Shown piece after piece: positions 50,101 to 56,100 of a DNA stretch of 64,000 bases. Both the position numbers and the translations under genes were made by a program. The DNA comes from Candidatus Omnitrophota bacterium. GTDB taxonomy: Bacteria; Omnitrophota; Omnitrophia; Omnitrophales; Aquincolibacteriaceae. The stretch is taken from NCBI GenBank assembly GCA_903884815.1, contig CAISGE010000043.1:701-64700 (forward strand). Reading direction: 5' to 3'. Below the pieces are notes generated by a model. The model was not told the origin of the DNA and searched no databases. It saw only the letters and a program-made list of their open reading frames with translations. How positions within the stretch are numbered: the first letter of the stretch is position 1; each line of letters begins with the position of its first letter.

Positions 50101-53100
50101 ATCTCCTTATCTCCGGAAAAACCATTGATCGTCCCGATCAAAAGGCTTCCTCCGCCGCTTTTTCTCTGTTTGAGCATGAGATCCAGCTCGGGACCGCGTG
50201 CTTCCCAGGAGGGCAGGATCTCATGATCAATGGCATCTTCATTGCTCCCGACCCGGACAAAGGGAAGTCCGTCTTCGAGCAGTTTTTTTGCAACATTGTC
50301 GGCTCCCGCGTTGGATTGTGACAACACCACCACGCGCTGCCCCCCCTCGGATGCCAATTTTGTGATCCATTCGATCACCTTGGTCTTTCCCGTTCCGGGA
50401 GGTCCCTGGACCAGGACGATGGGGCTTGCGGAACCATAGTTTCCGGGGCTTCCGGCCGGCCGCAAAGTCTCTTTGACGGCCGCCCGCTGAGCCGGATCCA
50501 GGGCCTTTCCGCTCTCGGCATACTCCGCCTCCATCTTTTCGAAGGCCGAAAAATCGGTTTCCTTTTCTTGAGCCGCCACCCCGATCTGAAGACCCAGGGC
50601 ATAATCCACCAGGGCATTCCCCGTGGTGGCCTGTGTGGTCAGGAGACCGTTTCCCTTTGCGAGGCGGGTGCTTGTCGTAAGGTTCAACACATAGTCGGCA
50701 AGATAATCTTCCTGTCTTTCCAAGGCCCGGGCAGACGTGCGTGTCAGGATACCGCCCTTCGAAACCTCACCGGTCAATAGCGCGTTCAGGTAGTCAAAAC
50801 CTTTGTGAGTTTCCGGAAGCTCAAACTGCATAAAGCTCCGGCCGTGTTCCACGCCCCGCTTCACCAGACGGAAAAAGGGCTGCATCGGCTCCTTTTTCGA
50901 AGGATTGCGGATCCGGAATGTGTCTTCCGGCCAGCCGAATTTTTCCGGTTTCCCGAGATCATCCCATACCGTTTCTCCCCCCGTAGCTCCGGCGCGACCC
51001 AGTTTGAGATCGTAAACGGTAAACATCCGTTTTTCGGGATGTAATTCGATCTTTGAAAACTTGATCTCGATCGGCCGGCCATTGGACTCCCGGATGTTCT
51101 CTTCTTCACGCTCTTGTCTGGCTTTCACCATGGCCGAGATCAGAAAGCCCTGGTCCGTGAGTTCCGGTAGCCAGTGCTGAGCCATAGCATGGGACGCCAG
51201 ATTTCTCGCTGCGCGCCCTTCGTCCGCAATGACGGGAAATTCACGTTCGAGTTCGGCAACGAACACCGCGTAATAATAGGCCTTCTTAAAATCCGTGGCT
51301 TTACCCGCGACACCCGAATGGAAAGCCTCTTCCGCCAGTCTCAGTACAAGCTGCGCGGCACGGACAGCTCTGTTCGGAAAAACCGCGAGCCGTTTCGCAT
51401 TTTCAAAAACGGCCGAATAAGTTCCATTCCCCGAGATCGCGTGCTCCAGCCCCTGGAGTGTGGACCGGAGATCCTGAATCTCGTCCCGAAGATGCTGCAC
51501 GGTATCATGCTCCGCCAAAGGACTCCCCTGACTCCAGTTTTTCTGCATCTCCCGAAGGGAGTTTTCAAGTTGTCCCTCCGCTTTCTCAAGCTCGCTTCTC
51601 TCCAGCGATCCTCGGACTGTGCTAAGCGCCCCGATCCAGGTCTCAAGTGCTTTTCTGCGCTTGCGCGTTTTGTTGCCCGTCAAAGATTCCGGGAACTCCT
51701 GCAATTTTTCCAACGCTCCGGAATAATCCTCCTCCGCGAACTTTTCGAGGGCCTGAGCTTCGATCTCCCGGGCCCCCTGAACCTTTTCTTTTAAATCAAG
51801 CGCTTCCCGGTCCTCGGAATTGTCTTTTAAAATCGCGGTGATCGACCGCTCGAGAGAATCCAGATCTTTGTCCTGGGCCGCAAGATCTTTTTGTAATTGC
51901 CGTTTTCTTTCTGCCACTCTCTTTCTCTTTGCCGCCAGTTCCTGGATCGAAAGCGCCAGGTCTCCGGATGCGCCGTTCCTCCGCGCAGTTTCGAGCGACT
52001 GGCCGCATTCAGCATATTTCGCGTCCTTGAATTGTTGCTCGGCAAGCTCGTAATATCCCTGCGGCGTCAGTTGCGTTTCAAGCTCCTTGCGGAAAGCGCT
52101 CACGGGAGCCTGCCACTGTTTCGAAACGTCGTCCCGGAGTATCCTGTCGCAAAATAATACGGCCCCGATGGCCGGCACCGACGAAGGCGCCATTTCGGTA
52201 AAAACATCCACCCAGGCGCTGCGTTCAGCAGGACTGCCATCCGCCCACTTCGAATCCATGACCCGGAAAAGAGCCATATTCCATTCCGGGGAAGCCACGC
52301 GTGACATCAGGGCATTCAGAACAAAAAAACGGTTATCCACCGAATCGACCGGAATGCGCGTCTCAGCGCGTCCCTCGGCGATAAGTTCCGCCAAAAGCGA
52401 TATCGCCGTTTCTTTGTAGGCCGGCGGGAGATTCAAGAAGCGATTCAAAAGAATTTCGATCCGGTCATAAACAGGCGGCGCGCGCGTCCCGTTTGCCGCC
52501 GCAGCGTTCTCCTGAAAAATAAAAAGCTTCTCCAGGATATCCAAAGCTGCCTTGCGGCTTCCGCCCTCCTGCACTGTAAACACCGCTTCCACCAGCGCCG
52601 TATCCATCGCCGGAAATGTTGCCCCGTCCCCTGCTTCCTCATCAGCCCTGTGAAGTTCCGTAAGCGCCATTTTTACCGCGTCGTTGTCCTCTCGGGCCAG
52701 GGCAAGGCACAACCGGAAATAAGCTTGTTGATTTCTGGCAAAGGGCTTGTCGGTGGAAAAATGAGAAGCGCGTGAACCTGCTTGGAATTCCGCTTCGGTC
52801 ACCGGATTCCTGGAAGCAGCCGCGGTTTCCCGGAAATAGGCTATCGCGACACCCAAGGCCTTTTCGGCCAGCTCCGGTTCTTGGCTACGAATCTCATTCG
52901 CGAAGAGGAACAGACTGTTGATCATTTGTGCTTTGAAAGAATCGATGTCAGGCGTTGAAGGATCACTCAAAGCAATGGGCTTCATCGCTGCATAAAAACG
53001 CTCACGCTCCGGGTTGTGGCGGGCCAAAAGCGCCAAATTGAGCGACTCAGGAGATGGAGCAACCGGAGCCTGCTCACCGCTCTCCGGGAAGAAAACTCCC

Positions 53101-56100
53101 AGGAGCTCCGGATTGGACATAAGAAGAATGTCGATAAGGCCGGTGTTGACCCCCGCGATGGAACGAAGCGCCACCGAATGTTTTCCGGATCGCTCGCTGC
53201 TATCCCCCGCCGCCAATCGCGGAACAACTTTCAAAAGACGGATCCACGGAACCATCCATTTCTGAAGCTCCTCCCATTTTTGAGCGCGGAACAAATACTC
53301 CGCGCGATGGGCATAAGCCTCCAGGATCTCTTGAGGGTCCAGCTCAAGTTTTTTCGCGGCGTTTTCAAGATCTTCGGAACCGACATTGCGTCTCCCGAGT
53401 TGTCTGAAATAAAGGACGAAGAACCTGTCGAGAAGCGCTTGATGCACTTTCTCAAACCTTTCTTTCAGCGGATGCGACGCCGCCTTCGCCCCCAGCTCGA
53501 ATAACATTTCAGACAAATAACTGTAAACCTGAAGGAGCAACTGATCTTTCGCTTCGGGCGAGGCTTTTTTCTCCGCGGGACTGAACAACACTTCAAAAGC
53601 CGCGGGCCCCCCCTCGAGCAAGCCCTCAAGAAAGGAAAGTATATTTTCCATGAAAGCAACGGACGCTTTATTTTCAGGATTAAGGGCCATCACTCGCGAT
53701 AAGCTGGAGATACTCTCAATGAAGTAAAAAAGATAACTCGAGGCGGCCAACGTACTTTCCTTTCTCTTGGACAGTCTGTCGTGAAGGACCTTGTCTTGGG
53801 TCTCTTGTTCGACGGCCTCTTGAAGGAGTTCCAGGAGACTTTCCGGCTTATAGCCGCTCGCCACAAGACGCGCCGCAAAAGATTCATAAACAAGGGTCTT
53901 CAGGGATCTTTTGTGCTGCCGCATAAAAGCGGTAATCCAGTCGTTGATCGCCTGCGTGGATCGGGGCCGCACTTTCCCGGAAAAGAGCGCCCGGATGACC
54001 GCGTTCGAGTCCGTGACAAATGCCATGACGTTCCGGTGATCCGCCTCTTTTGCCTGTTCGATCAGGAATGCCATCATATCCGCGTTCAAGGCTGGGTCTT
54101 GGATCTGGACACAGAAATGAAGCGCCGCGAGCCAGATCTCGAGACCTTGTTCTTGAAGAAGAATGCTCAGTGCCGCTTTCAGAGAGGGTTCATGGTCAAC
54201 GTTAAACTCCCCCTCCATGCCTAAGTCGGCCCAGGCCACGAGAACCTTTTCGATCACCTCAGGATTGTTTCTAACGGCGTAGATCAGCATTTCGGCAAGG
54301 ACTTTGGGATCCTCCGGCCACCGGTAGGGGTCGACCAGGATCGAAACGATCGCGGCGTCGGAGCGGGACACATAATGACCGCTCTCAGGGGATGCCGGAT
54401 CCTCAAACGGCGTAAAAGGCATGCCGGGGTGGAAGAATTGGCTAAAACTACCGTAACGGGAGGAGCCCTTGACCCCGGTTTTTCCATTTTTCACGAGGTC
54501 ACTGAAAATACCGGTCAAAACTTCCGTGGCCTCCGCTTCCTTCCCCTGCTCGAGAAGCCACTCCGCGTAATAACTTTCCGCGATTCGCGTCGCGAACCAG
54601 ACTCCGGAGATCCCCCGGATGTCTTGGTAGCGCCGGCGCATTTCCATTGCCGTCTCGGCCGAAAAATCATCTTCGATCAGCCTTTCATAATAAAAAACCA
54701 TCATCTCTGCCGTCTTTTGCCAAGCCGCCTCAGCCCGGGCTTCGGCAGCCAGGGCTTCGCCCTCATCACCCTGTCGCTGGCCGGCCATGACTCCCATAAA
54801 GTGGCTAAAGCGTCCACTATCCAGAAAACCCTTTGCCTTAGCCAGATATTCAAGCGCAGCGGGCATATTTCCGGCTCTTCTAAGACGGTCCGCCTTCACC
54901 AAATAAGCCGGGAAGAGGATTGCCACGTCATCGTTCACTCCTCCACCGCTCCCCTCGCTCAGCTGAATCGCGCGATCGAGACTCGCTTCGGTGTGGTGTA
55001 CAGACAGCCAAAGAGCATTCACAAATTGCGACTGGGTCCGGCTGCCCCTCACAACATTGATCAAGGTTTCTTCGGGACGCTCAGGGTCAAGATCATGCGG
55101 TTTGTCTTTATAATAAGCGAGAATCTTCCTCCGCATAGACTCCCCCGTTTCCCGGGCCTCCGCTTGAACCTTCTGGAGGGTTTCTTCCATGTCGGCAAGG
55201 GTCTCGAGCGAGAACCTGAGAAGTTCTTCCGTGGCAGGGATTCGGCGGCTGTCAAGACTGAAATCCATGCTCAGTTTTCCGAGAAGCTCCGTGAGTAAGC
55301 CTATGAGACCGGCATCCAAAGTTCCGTCATGACCGTCTAAGATCAAGGAAAGTGCCGCGATGCTAAAGAAAAGGGATCTCTCTCTTTCCCCGATTTTCCG
55401 GTAATTGCCGGCAAGAGTAGCAAATCCATGCTCCGTAAGTTCCGGGGTATAACCGTAAAGACGGAACGCTTTCATGCGTTGTTCGATCCCCTCGCGGTAT
55501 TGCCCCCGCATCTCCTCCCACCCCGGCAAAAGAAACAGGTTCAGCATCTGCACTCTCGCGACGCCGATATCTGCGGGCAGTGTAATATCCTCAATGCTCC
55601 GAATCCCTTTTCTCCGAAAGTGGACTTCGCAAGCCTCCTCTAATTCAGTCAAAATAGCCCCCATCACCGGGGTGGGCCATTCGTTGACTGAATTGCCATG
55701 CCCGACCCGGATCCTGTCAAAAACAGATCTCGCGAACGGCTCTTGGAAATACTTCTCGGATTTGCTGATAAAATAAGCCCGGAATTCTTCTTCCGTGAGT
55801 TCCCCGTCCAAGTCGATCCGGCCCTCAGAACGCGATGTGGTCGTCCCCAAAGAAACAAGTGATTGTCCCGCGAATTTATTGAGCAGTTTTCCGGCAGACC
55901 GGGCTCCGGGTTCCGCCCCGGATTCTTTTCGCGCCTCGGCGCGGACCGGATGAGTAACGCGAAACAGGGCAAGCGAGTCCCCGAGCGTGCTATGTCCTTC
56001 GTGGATTTCTTTTCCGTATTTTTCCTGGAAATCCTCCCACCACGCCTCGCTCTCAGCAGTCTCAAAAATAACGTCAAAGTTGTGCTCCCGGAGAGCGCGG

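Noticed and set aside
43166-54745. Partial motifs RSEVE (~43175) and RAEAA (~54735) in the giant protein
   Set aside because: They lack the final Arg and lie in apparently helical regions, so they were not counted among the 17 motifs
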